Below, in pieces: positions 1-9,142 of a DNA stretch of 64,000 nucleotides. A program made the position numbers and the translations under genes. The notes beneath the pieces were generated by a model. The model was not told the DNA's origin and searched no databases. It saw only the letters and a program-made list of their open reading frames with translations. Numbering within the stretch: position 1 is the first letter of the stretch; each line of letters opens with the position of its first letter. This DNA is from Candidatus Latescibacterota bacterium (GTDB lineage Bacteria > Latescibacterota > UBA2968): assembly GCA_965204375.1 (NCBI GenBank), contig OZ241986.1, forward strand, positions 128,001 to 192,000, written 5' to 3'.

Positions 1-839
1 GAGTTTGGATTTTTCATCAGGAAAGATGGGTGAAAAATCTCGCGGGATTCGTCCAATGTGATTGTCTCACCATCTGTTTTCAAAGTCGGTGGTGGCGTTG
101 TGTCGCGATATCCTGGACGATATAGCGATGCGCGTTGTTCAGGTGTTAGTTCTGCCATCAAGTCGGATACTGGCATCTTTTCTGTTTCAGGGCCAGGTCC
201 CGCAGAACGGATCACGCCGCGGCCTACGTATTCGCAGGATAGCAGGCGTTGCGGTCCTTCGCCTTGCCACGGACGCATGCCCTGTACGACGCTCAAGCCG
301 ACGATGAGCAGATCGCCCGCTTTTAGTTCGGGTTGAAAAATATAATCCGAGTCATCTACACCGGTCAATATATCCTCTGGTGTTTCCACATTTGATTTGT
401 GGGTACACGGTACGAATACAAAGCCACCGTCTCCGGCTTTGACATCAGAGAGTGCCCAGATTGCGCGTACACCTTCGCAAAATCTTCTATCGTTCTGGTG
501 ATAATACGCCAGCGCGGGATCTCTCGGCTCATTGCCACCTGCCAGCGGGGCAGAGGTGTCACAGGTTTCGTCACATAGAATTTCGGGTGCGCGGTCGAGC
601 CTGAAACCGTATCCTACAATTTGATTCAGATACCACACGAGTTGGGGATGGATCAACAAATCGCGGAATGGTTCGCGCAAATCGCCTTCCCAGCCGAGCA
701 TGCCCTCGAGCGATCCGACCCGATCAATCGCGTCGTTTAACCGCGCGATTTCGGGACGGGTCAGGACCCCCGGCACATGCAAATAACCCGTTAAATCAAA
801 GGCGTAATTCTCTTCGTTTGTCATCGTTTCCCGGTCCAT
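1..839 (-). CDS. PhyH-family Fe(II)/2OG dioxygenase-like protein, paralog of 1033..2778 (partial, runs off left edge)
   Basis: Colinear with 1940..2778 at constant offset 1939; ATG at 839 preceded by AGGAGG; absent from ORF track because it has no stop in the window. Confidence 0.9.
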   Translation of the reverse strand, partial: MDRETMTNEENYAFDLTGYLHVPGVLTRPEIARLNDAIDRVGSLEGMLGWEGDLREPFRDLLIHPQLVWYLNQIVGYGFRLDRAPEILCDETCDTSAPLAGGNEPRDPALAYYHQNDRRFCEGVRAIWALSDVKAGDGGFVFVPCTHKSNVETPEDILTGVDDSDYIFQPELKAGDLLIVGLSVVQGMRPWQGEGPQRLLSCEYVGRGVIRSAGPGPETEKMPVSDLMAELTPEQRASLYRPGYRDTTPPPTLKTDGETITLDESREIFHPSFLMKNPN

Positions 840-978
840 GGTTGCCTCCTTGACCTCGATTTGCCTGTTTGTCTGCCGATATGCAGGCATGAATGTGGCG
901 GTTTATTCATGAAAAGCTCAAATTGCTGGAAAAAACAAGTATAAAATGAAACCCTTATTGACCGATTGCTTGACGCAT
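1..978. repeat. Tandem duplication, copy 1 (copy 2 at about 1940..2917)
   Basis: Near-identical coding and upstream sequence at offset 1939. Confidence 0.95.
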
Positions 979-1032
979 CTCAAAAAAAACTGCCCATTTA
1001 AATGGACAGTTTGTGAGTCGTGACGCTTTGCA

Positions 1033-2778
1033 TTATTTTTTTGCCACTGGACCTTTCGGTGCGTCCTGGCTGTACAATGCACTGCCTCGCTCGTAAGACG
1101 CGACGACTGAACCGTTGGTAATTTCCAATCTGGGCACGTTCTTTCTAAACACATCGCGGTCAGGGCCGCGCATGACTGCCATCTGTTCATCGCTCATGCC
1201 CGAGACGAGATCGCCCCACCGTTTTTCTGGATGGGCCAACTCTCCGCCGCTGCGATTAAAATTGCGCGATGAGTATTTGTGCAAAATTCCGCGCCGCGAG
1301 ATGTCGCTTTTCCACGCGAATGTGCCATGTGAGGTGCTGCCATCCATGAAGAAGAGCACATCGCCTGCTTTCACTTCTATGTGTTTTACCAATCCCATGT
1401 GGTCATCGCAGGAGCGCACACCCGGGGGGGTAGGATAATACGCTTTATGCGATCCCGGCACGCATGCAAACCCACCATCGGCTTCGGTTACATCGCGCAA
1501 CTGCCAGGTTACGGTTACGGCTTCGCAATAACTGCGTCCATTTTGATAAAAGTATCCCCGGGTGGGATTGAGTGGCTCATTGGAGCCATGCTGAGAATGT
1601 CCCGATGTGCCTTTGACCGAGCAAAATGCCGTTCCTCCACCCGTGCGACCACCACTGGCTCCCATCCAGTTCAGCCGATGTTCAACGATCGGATGGGCGA
1701 GCATTCGTCGAAAAGGATCGCAATAGGGGCTGGGCAACTGAGTCAGTCCACCCAACAGGGGCCTGCCCGTGCCCGCAAGGGTTTTTGATCCTTGTGCGAG
1801 TTCGTCGCCAACGACGATTTGATCCTCAAACTTGTCAATGGCGGCATTAGCCTGTGTCAGCCATTCTTCATCCATGATTCCACGCAGTACCAGGTATCCG
1901 TTCAAATCCCAAAAGTAAAATTCTTTTTCGTCAATACCCGAATTTGGATTTTTCATCAGGAAAGATGGGTGAAAAATCTCGCGAGATTCGTCCAATGTGA
2001 TTGTCTCGCCATCTGTTTTCAAAGTCGGTGGCGGCGTTGTATTGCGATATCCAGGGCGATAGAGCGATGCGCGCTGTTCAGGTGTTAGTTCTGCCATCAA
2101 GTCGGATACTGGCATCTTTTCCGTTTCAGGTGCAGGTCCCGCAGAACGGATCACACCGCGGCCTACATATTCGTAGGATAGCAAGCGTTGCGGTCCCTCG
2201 CCATGCCACGGACGCATGCCCTGTACGACGCTCAGACCGACGATGAGCAAATCGCCCGCTTTTAGTTCGGGTAGAAAAAGATAATCTGAGTCATCTACAC
2301 CGGTCAATATATCTTCTGGCGTTTCTACATTTGATTTGTGGGTACACGGTACAAATACAAATCCGCCGTCGCTGGCTTTGGCATCAGAGAGTGCCCAGAT
2401 TACGCGCACGCCTTCGCAAAATCTTCGATCGTTCTGATGATAATATGCCAGCGCGGGGTCTCTCGGCTCATTGCCGCCTTCCAGCGGGGCAGAGGTGTCA
2501 CAGGTTTCGTCACATAGAATTTCGGGGGCGCGGTCGAGTCTGAATCCATGTCCTACAATTTGATTCAGATACCACACGAGTTGGGGATGGATCAACAAAT
2601 CGCGGAATGGTTCGCGCAAATCGCCTTCCCATCCGAGCATGCCCTCAAGCGATCCGGCCCGATCAATCGCGTCGTTTAACCGCGCGATTTCGGGACGGGT
2701 CAAAACTCCCGGTATATGCAAATAACCCGTTAAATCAAAGGCGTAATTCTCTTCTTTTGTCATCGTTTCCCGGTCCAT
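1033..2778 (-). CDS. Two-domain phytanoyl-CoA dioxygenase (PhyH) family protein
   Basis: Two repeats of FDLTGYL/WDLNGYL...GGF..VPC/GSHK...AGD; AAGGAGG RBS before ATG 2778. Confidence 0.85.
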   Translation of the reverse strand: MDRETMTKEENYAFDLTGYLHIPGVLTRPEIARLNDAIDRAGSLEGMLGWEGDLREPFRDLLIHPQLVWYLNQIVGHGFRLDRAPEILCDETCDTSAPLEGGNEPRDPALAYYHQNDRRFCEGVRVIWALSDAKASDGGFVFVPCTHKSNVETPEDILTGVDDSDYLFLPELKAGDLLIVGLSVVQGMRPWHGEGPQRLLSYEYVGRGVIRSAGPAPETEKMPVSDLMAELTPEQRASLYRPGYRNTTPPPTLKTDGETITLDESREIFHPSFLMKNPNSGIDEKEFYFWDLNGYLVLRGIMDEEWLTQANAAIDKFEDQIVVGDELAQGSKTLAGTGRPLLGGLTQLPSPYCDPFRRMLAHPIVEHRLNWMGASGGRTGGGTAFCSVKGTSGHSQHGSNEPLNPTRGYFYQNGRSYCEAVTVTWQLRDVTEADGGFACVPGSHKAYYPTPPGVRSCDDHMGLVKHIEVKAGDVLFFMDGSTSHGTFAWKSDISRRGILHKYSSRNFNRSGGELAHPEKRWGDLVSGMSDEQMAVMRGPDRDVFRKNVPRLEITNGSVVASYERGSALYSQDAPKGPVAKK

Positions 2779-3004
2779 GTCAGCCTCCTTGACTGTAATG
2801 TCCCTGTTTGCCTGCTGGTATGCAGGCATGAATGTGGCGGTTTATTCATGAAAAGCTCAAATTGATGCAAAAAACAAGTATAAAATGTAGCCCCTCTCGA
2901 CCGATTGCTTGACGCATTTGATGTAGCTCTGTAAATTGCGCCTGTTCTTTCTCTAATGCTTGCTTTATTCGGATCACTGAAATTTTTCTGCTGCGAGTAT
3001 CCCA

Positions 3005-4432
3005 ATGGCAAAGTCTCGTCCCAATATTGTGCTTGTGATGTGCGATCAGATGCGCTGGGATGCGGCTGGTTTTGCGGGTAGTTCTGTTGTTCACACGCCC
3101 CATCTGGATCGTCTATCCGAGGGTGGTGTGTGTTTTGAAAATGCCTATTGCGCTTCTCCTGTTTGTTCGCCTGCTCGGGCGAGTTGGTTGACCGGGTGCT
3201 ATCCCCATGCTCACTTGCAATTGCGAAATTACGGGCCACAACGGGGAAAAGACTGGGGGTGTTATCTGCCGCAGGACCGCGTTACGATGGGGGATGTTTT
3301 GAAATGTGCGGGATATCGCTGTGGCATGGTTGGCCCATGGCATCTGGGCGATGACCATGCGCCACAGCACGGGTTTGAGGATTTCTGGCAGACTTATCGA
3401 TATTTGGGCGACGAATATACAGATCCTCTTTTCGATTATTTTGAACGCGAGGGGGTACCCAATCTCTACAGCGATAAGGAAGCCGTCACCCAGTACGGAA
3501 ATATTCTGGCGTTTACCACACTTACAGATCCGAGACAGCAGCGCACGACCTGGACGGTTGACCGCGCGATTGAATTTTTGCGCCAGCAAGAGGATGACCC
3601 GTTTTTCCTTTTTGTGAGTGTTAAGGACCCGCATCCCCTCATCGTTATCCCGCCAGAATTACTCGAACTCTATCCGATAGATCAAATGCCCTTGCCGGAT
3701 TCTTTGCGAGATCCACTTGAGGGTAAACCGCATTTTCAGAACCGTACAAAATTTCGCATGCCCAATACGGTGACAGACCGGCAGTTCCGCGAGATGATTG
3801 CGTATTATTACGCCCTGATTACCCATATTGACGCGCAGGTTGGGCGTCTAATAGACGTTCTCGAAGAACAGAATATGCTCGATAATACGCTCGTGGTTTT
3901 TATGAGCGACCACGGCGAACTGCTCGGCGATCACGGTTGCACAGAAAAGTGTCTGATGTACGAGGCCTCGGTCAGAGTTCCCTGTCTGCTTTCGTGGCCG
4001 CGCACTCTACCGGCGGGTTTGCGCGTGACGACCCCGCTTGCCGGTGTTGATTTAATGCCGACTTTGCTCGATCTGGCAAACGAGGCGCCGCCCGAGAAGA
4101 TCGATGGGCGTTCTGTTGCGGACGCGATTCTGAATGGACGACAACCCAAACCTCAGCCCATTTTTGCCGAGATCGCCAGCCAGGATGCCGTTTATTGGGG
4201 GTCAACAGAAAGAGAGCAGTTTGCCGCGCATGTGATGAATCTCGATGGTCGCTGGAAGTATATTCGCAATCGCTTTGATACCGATGAATTGTACGATTTG
4301 GAAACGGATCCGGACGAAATGCAAAATCTCGCGCAGCTTTCCGAATATCAACCGCGCATTATGGCTATGCGCCAGCAAATCGCCGAGATGATTTGCCATA
4401 CGGGTCCCGGTCCCTACGACTGGTGTTTGTAA
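3005..4432 (+). CDS. Formylglycine-dependent sulfatase
   Basis: PNIVLVMCDQ, CSPARASWLTG, SDHG, ELYDLETDPDE motifs. Confidence 0.95.
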   Translation: MAKSRPNIVLVMCDQMRWDAAGFAGSSVVHTPHLDRLSEGGVCFENAYCASPVCSPARASWLTGCYPHAHLQLRNYGPQRGKDWGCYLPQDRVTMGDVLKCAGYRCGMVGPWHLGDDHAPQHGFEDFWQTYRYLGDEYTDPLFDYFEREGVPNLYSDKEAVTQYGNILAFTTLTDPRQQRTTWTVDRAIEFLRQQEDDPFFLFVSVKDPHPLIVIPPELLELYPIDQMPLPDSLRDPLEGKPHFQNRTKFRMPNTVTDRQFREMIAYYYALITHIDAQVGRLIDVLEEQNMLDNTLVVFMSDHGELLGDHGCTEKCLMYEASVRVPCLLSWPRTLPAGLRVTTPLAGVDLMPTLLDLANEAPPEKIDGRSVADAILNGRQPKPQPIFAEIASQDAVYWGSTEREQFAAHVMNLDGRWKYIRNRFDTDELYDLETDPDEMQNLAQLSEYQPRIMAMRQQIAEMICHTGPGPYDWCL

Positions 4433-4465
4433 TTGTAGGCAGTGCCAAGAAGGAGAACTAACAAT

Positions 4466-5407
4466 ATGGGAGAATCAACAGGAATGACAGAGCACGACGC
4501 TATTCCATTTGAGGTGTTTGCGGGTTTTGAGCGGCTTGAGAATGTCAATCCCATTCTTGCCTGCGAGCCACCAGAGTGGGCTGCCGCAGCCCATGCGTTT
4601 GTGATGGATGATACGGTGCACTATTTGTGGGGGAGAAGAAAAGAGGGCAACTATTGGATTTTGATGCATAGCACGGCTCCGGTGAATAATCCCGCAAATA
4701 TTGCGCACGATCCGCGCAATCCCGTGCTCTTGCCTTCGAGCGAGGGATTTGACGATTATACAATCGAATATCCTTTTCCGTTTTGGAATCCCGCCGATGG
4801 CAGGTTCTATGTTTATTATTTGGGGCGACGACAAAAGCCGCCAAAGCAGACGGGGCTATTGGTGGGGGATGGCGATTTTGGCAAGTGGACGCGCGTTTGT
4901 CAGACGCCTGTGATTGCCTCAGATACCGCGTATGAGCGACAGGGTTCGTCGCATCCCTCGGTTGTGGTTATAGACGATACCATACATATCATTTATACGG
5001 GGGAGTCGGCAGAGCCACCGACCTTATGCCACGCGACCGCGCCGACAAACGATCCCGCGGCTGTTACCAAAGATCCCGCTAATCCCATTTTTAAGGGTAG
5101 CGGAGAAATGTGGGATAGTTGTGGTGTCCGAGAGGCTGAGATTTTTAAGGGTCCACAGTATTTCCATCTCTTTTACGGGGGGTCCGATGGCGAGGCCTGG
5201 CGGATTGGACATGTGCGAACGCGCGATTTTCGCACCTTTGAACCCAATCCGCACAATCCAATTTTTTCGCCATCGTCAGATCCCGACGCATGGGATTGCG
5301 ACGGGATACTAACGCCCCAGGTGATTGAAATTGACAATCGCTACTACATGGTCTATGCGGGTATGAGAGGGAGGGAGTGGCAGACGGGGCTTGCGGTGGC
5401 TCGCTGA
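4466..5407 (+). CDS. Five-bladed beta-propeller glycoside hydrolase-like protein (GH43/32/130 fold)
   Basis: Repeated NPV/IL...WD..V/I...P.V...YxxYxG blades; AGGAG RBS. Confidence 0.65.
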   Translation: MGESTGMTEHDAIPFEVFAGFERLENVNPILACEPPEWAAAAHAFVMDDTVHYLWGRRKEGNYWILMHSTAPVNNPANIAHDPRNPVLLPSSEGFDDYTIEYPFPFWNPADGRFYVYYLGRRQKPPKQTGLLVGDGDFGKWTRVCQTPVIASDTAYERQGSSHPSVVVIDDTIHIIYTGESAEPPTLCHATAPTNDPAAVTKDPANPIFKGSGEMWDSCGVREAEIFKGPQYFHLFYGGSDGEAWRIGHVRTRDFRTFEPNPHNPIFSPSSDPDAWDCDGILTPQVIEIDNRYYMVYAGMRGREWQTGLAVAR

Positions 5408-5432
5408 ATCAACGAATCAACGAATCAACGAA
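5406..5432. repeat. Short tandem repeat (GAATCAAC)x3
   Basis: Directly visible, overlapping the stop codon. Confidence 0.85.
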
Positions 5433-5458
5433 AGAAGCTGGTGATGATCTTGGGGGCA

Positions 5459-5511
5459 GGGCGGGGTTCGTCTATGAACTGGCCTGAGAGTCGGCCAGTT
5501 GTACCCCGCTC
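5459..5511. repeat. GC-rich nested hairpin, REP-like, between convergent genes
   Basis: GCGGGGT/ACCCCGC outer arms and AACTGGCC/GGCCAGTT inner arms. Confidence 0.5.
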
Positions 5512-5522
5512 CGTCTATTCGT

Positions 5523-6623
5523 TCAGTCTTTCAGAACGCGGTTGGGCGTGTACTGGTTTGTATAGTGACGCATGTTTCCCACGGCGTTGTTCTGTTTGAT
5601 GGCGTCAGCGGGGAAGGTATGTAGAAACCAGTTGTTGTAGATTTCAGCGCTTTCCTGGGGGATGCCGCGAATGACTACGGCGGGTACACTGGTGGCGTGA
5701 AAGGTGTTGTGGTGGATTAATATAAGATCGCCAGCGATATGCGTATCGTCACCGCGGTCCCGACCTCCGTGCATGTCAAAGCTGTGGCTGTTGGCGTTTT
5801 CCAGAATCAGGTTGTAACGGGCTTCGTAGCTGGTGCCGGGTCTTCCGGTGCCTGCGATGTGGTGGCGACACCAGTCGAACAAATTGGCCTCAATCAAGGC
5901 GTTGGATTGGTCCAGTACCACGCCGTAGCCCAGGCCCTGGCGCTGGTTGTGGTGAAAATAGTTGTGATGGATGTGGTTGTCCGTTGAGCCGGCACGCAGG
6001 AAGATTGCGCCGTGGCTCCAGCCCCAGAGTTCGCAGTTATCGACTTCGAGGTTGGGATATTCGGTCTGGATGGCGCGGGAGTTGGGGATGCTGTAGTAGC
6101 GCCCTTCTGCGTGTAGTTGTCTCATCTGCTCGGTGCGTCTGAGGGTGTCTGGACCCTGAAAGCGAAGGCCAGTGATACGGACGTTGGGCCCGGTGGCGAC
6201 AAAGAGGGGTATGGTTTCGAGTCGTTCGGAGTAGAGCAGGGCACCTTGAGAGCCGGGTTTGCCCCGACCACTGGCGAGTGTGACGCCTCCGCGTATGGCG
6301 ATGTTCTGGTGTCCGGTCAGGTCGATTCTGATGGTATCTACTATATAGACTACCTGGTTGGGACCGGCGAACTCGAGGGCGTCGAACAGTTCCATGCGGT
6401 TTGTGACGAGATATTCGGATGGGTCAAGAAGGCGGTTATAGCCCTCACCACCGCCGATGGGATTGCCGGTGGGGTTGATGTCGGCACCAAATTTGTCATC
6501 GGAAAGCAGGGGTTTTTCCTGCTGGCCGTTGCCATCTGGGGTATCGGGGGTGAGTGGTTTTTCTTTGCCAGAACAGGCGAGCAGAAGGAGCAGGACCGTG
6601 AGATATCGGAGTGTTCCTAACAT
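5523..6623 (-). CDS. Lipoprotein with right-handed parallel beta-helix (pectin-lyase-like)
   Basis: LLLAC lipobox; IHHNYFHHN / IEANLF / IHHNTF repeats. Confidence 0.75.
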   Translation of the reverse strand: MLGTLRYLTVLLLLLACSGKEKPLTPDTPDGNGQQEKPLLSDDKFGADINPTGNPIGGGEGYNRLLDPSEYLVTNRMELFDALEFAGPNQVVYIVDTIRIDLTGHQNIAIRGGVTLASGRGKPGSQGALLYSERLETIPLFVATGPNVRITGLRFQGPDTLRRTEQMRQLHAEGRYYSIPNSRAIQTEYPNLEVDNCELWGWSHGAIFLRAGSTDNHIHHNYFHHNQRQGLGYGVVLDQSNALIEANLFDWCRHHIAGTGRPGTSYEARYNLILENANSHSFDMHGGRDRGDDTHIAGDLILIHHNTFHATSVPAVVIRGIPQESAEIYNNWFLHTFPADAIKQNNAVGNMRHYTNQYTPNRVLKD

Positions 6624-6691
6624 GTCAATCTCTTTCTCTGAACCACTCACAATACGGAGAGAAATTTTAAGCTTAACTTTGTAATAAAATT

Positions 6692-6952
6692 CTATTGCAA
6701 AGGTGCTAATTTGCTCAATGATTCATGATTTCGCGCTCGTTGCCACAGATTTCTCAAGTCGTTCTGATGTAATGATGCCCACTCAATTGTCAAACCCAAT
6801 GCTCGTGAAGGAAGATTGCCTGCGATTACAGCCAATGTCTCAATATTGATTAGAGCCTCATATTCTGCATATTCCGCATGGAAATGTGGAGGTGGATGAT
6901 CGTTCACATGCATTCTGATAATGATTCCATAAAATCGACATATCTCAGGCAT
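6692..6952 (-). CDS. DUF4160 domain protein (putative TA component)
   Basis: MPEICRFYGIIIRM..NDHPPPHFHAEY signature. Confidence 0.9.
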   Translation of the reverse strand: MPEICRFYGIIIRMHVNDHPPPHFHAEYAEYEALINIETLAVIAGNLPSRALGLTIEWASLHQNDLRNLWQRARNHESLSKLAPLQ

Positions 6953-7232
6953 TTACATTTTCCATCTTTAATATGGAAAAAATATCCTCTGGCGTCTTTC
7001 CTGTAATTTCCAAATAGAGCGAATCTGCACACAGATCTATTTCATCTGTCCAGATAATGACTCTACCATTTTCAACTTGAAAATTTTGAAACACGCTTGC
7101 ATCTTTCCATGCCGAAAATATACCTTTCCCAACGAGATGGGATAGATCTACTTCGCCCTCAACGCCATCTGAATATTGAATCCAAATTTTATAATCAGCG
7201 CATGCTTTTGCAGATATGATTTTAATCATCAA
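6945..7232 (-). CDS. DUF2442 domain protein (putative TA partner)
   Basis: YSDGVEGEVDL...W..EIDLCADSLY signature; overlaps the DUF4160 start. Confidence 0.9.
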   Translation of the reverse strand: MMIKIISAKACADYKIWIQYSDGVEGEVDLSHLVGKGIFSAWKDASVFQNFQVENGRVIIWTDEIDLCADSLYLEITGKTPEDIFSILKMENVNA

Positions 7233-7363
7233 TAAATCTCCTATGCCAGGTTGCGATCCGTTTCAGAATGGTTTATCAACCAAAAACTACGGCAATTTAG
7301 TTGATTGATCAAGTCGAATGGAAGCCCAACCAACACGGACCACTCACGAGAAAGGAGTTCGCA

Positions 7364-8332
7364 ATGCGCGATATTGTGGTCTTTAGCGGGAACGCACATC
7401 GTCAATTGGCAGAACATATATGCCAGTATCTGAGCGTGCCTCTTAGCCGCAGCACGATTAACCGCTTCAGTAACGATTGCATTCAGGTACAGTTGAACGC
7501 AAATTGTCGGGAAGCCGATGTCTTTTTGATTCAGCCTCTTGTGCCACCTGTCCAGGACCATCTCATGGAACTCCTGCAGATGCTGGATGCGGCACGCGGG
7601 GCATCGGCTGCCCGCACGACGGCCGTTATTCCATATTACAGTTACGCGCGGTCGGATAAAAAGGATGCGCCTCGCATCTCTATTGCAGGGAGACTGGTGG
7701 CAGATTTGATTGATACGGCAGGTGCTAATCGGGTGCTTACGATGGCCCTTCACGCGCCACAGGTACATGGATTTTTTCGCATTCCCGTCGATCATCTCAA
7801 TGCCCTCCATGTGTTGGCGAGATATTTTCGGGGCAAAGACCTGGCGGATACAGTCGTTGTTTCACCCGATCTTGGAGGCGCAAAGGAAGCAACGCATTTT
7901 GCCCGTCTGCTCAAGTTGCCCGTAGCTGCTGGAACCAAACGCCGCATCAGCGATGAAAAAGTCGTCATTGATTCAATCGTTGGCGATGTAGAGGGGAAGA
8001 AGGTGATTGTTCTGGACGAGGAGATAGCTACGGGAGGAACTCTTGTGGAACTTATCGATCGTCTTCGAGAGCGCGGCGTCAATCACATCACGGTATCCTG
8101 TACGCATGGACTTTTTACGGGACAGGCCCTGCCGCGTTTGAGTGCAATTGCAGAAGTGAAGGAATTGGTGACGACAGATACGGTTCCGCTTTCTTCAGAT
8201 ATCCAATGTCATCCCAATCTGACTACCTTAACCGTGGCACCTCTCCTGGGAGAGGCGATCCGCAGGATACACCACGGGGAATCGGTTAGTAGTCTATTCA
8301 CGGCGCCAGATTGGGTCGTCGATACGGGATAG
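7364..8332 (+). CDS. prs: Ribose-phosphate pyrophosphokinase (variant)
   Basis: PYYSYARSDKK, VVSPDLGG, DEEIATGGT, CTHG motifs; AAGGAG RBS. Confidence 0.9.
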   Translation: MRDIVVFSGNAHRQLAEHICQYLSVPLSRSTINRFSNDCIQVQLNANCREADVFLIQPLVPPVQDHLMELLQMLDAARGASAARTTAVIPYYSYARSDKKDAPRISIAGRLVADLIDTAGANRVLTMALHAPQVHGFFRIPVDHLNALHVLARYFRGKDLADTVVVSPDLGGAKEATHFARLLKLPVAAGTKRRISDEKVVIDSIVGDVEGKKVIVLDEEIATGGTLVELIDRLRERGVNHITVSCTHGLFTGQALPRLSAIAEVKELVTTDTVPLSSDIQCHPNLTTLTVAPLLGEAIRRIHHGESVSSLFTAPDWVVDTG

Positions 8333-8360
8333 ATGGGACAGGGGTAGGCACTTTTAGCAA

Positions 8361-8660
8361 TTAAGTTGCAGGCGCAGTATCAGTTAATGGCTCAATTTGA
8401 AGATCGCCGATCTTTTGTTGCGCGTGCCAGAGGTCGTATTGCAGTTGCAAATTCATCCAGAAAACAGGCGTTGTTCGAAATGCTTTGCTCAACCGAATCG
8501 CCATTTCCGGACTCACTCCAGCTTTGCCATTGACAAGCTCTGAAACGGTCTTACGCGCCACGCCGAGCGTCTGTGCTACTTCTGTCACTGTCAGGTTCAG
8601 TGGGATTAAACAAAGTTCTTTTAAAATTTCACCTGGATGAGCTGGATTGTACATTTCCAT
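8361..8660 (-). CDS. higA: HigA family antitoxin
   Basis: [24 protein letters not shown]. Confidence 0.95.
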   Translation of the reverse strand: MEMYNPAHPGEILKELCLIPLNLTVTEVAQTLGVARKTVSELVNGKAGVSPEMAIRLSKAFRTTPVFWMNLQLQYDLWHAQQKIGDLQIEPLTDTAPAT

Positions 8661-8671
8661 AAAAATGACCC

Positions 8672-8950
8672 TCAGTGATAGTCCACGAGATCTACATCGG
8701 ACACAATACCATCTTCAATTCTGAAAATGACCCGCCAATTGCCACTCACTGAAACCGCCCAGAACCCCTTTCGATGACCTCGCAAGGGATGAAGGCGCAG
8801 TCCCGGAAGATTCATGTCTCGAACCATTAATGCCCGGTTCAAAGCCGTCAGAATCAATCGCAACCGTTTGGCCTGAGCAGGTTGAATGCCGGACGTGTTT
8901 CCCGTTCTAAAAAATAGTTCCAAACCTTTATGCCGAAATTTTTCGATCAT
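8672..8950 (-). CDS. higB: HigB/RelE family toxin (killer protein type)
   Basis: FRHKGL, LHPLRG, SVSGNWR, DYH C-terminus. Confidence 0.95.
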   Translation of the reverse strand: MIEKFRHKGLELFFRTGNTSGIQPAQAKRLRLILTALNRALMVRDMNLPGLRLHPLRGHRKGFWAVSVSGNWRVIFRIEDGIVSDVDLVDYH

Positions 8951-8954
8951 CTGT

Positions 8955-8983
8955 AATGTAACCTGTAACGTGTCAGGTGTCAA
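8955..8983 (-). promoter_or_regulatory. sigma70 promoter of higBA with operator-like inverted repeat in the spacer
   Basis: TTGACA-17-TACATT ending 4 nt before ATG; ACCTG..CAGGT arms. Confidence 0.75.
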
Positions 8984-9142
8984 CTCATGTATGCGCGATG
9001 GATGATTTACAATGCAATTTTCGTGCCACTTGCAAAAAGCTTAGAATTTCGGCATTTTTAACTCCTGTGCAAAGATAGGTTGAACATGTTGTTCAACGCC
9101 CCACTCTCCATCTTGTAAATCCTGTTCTCGGATAGATTAAAT

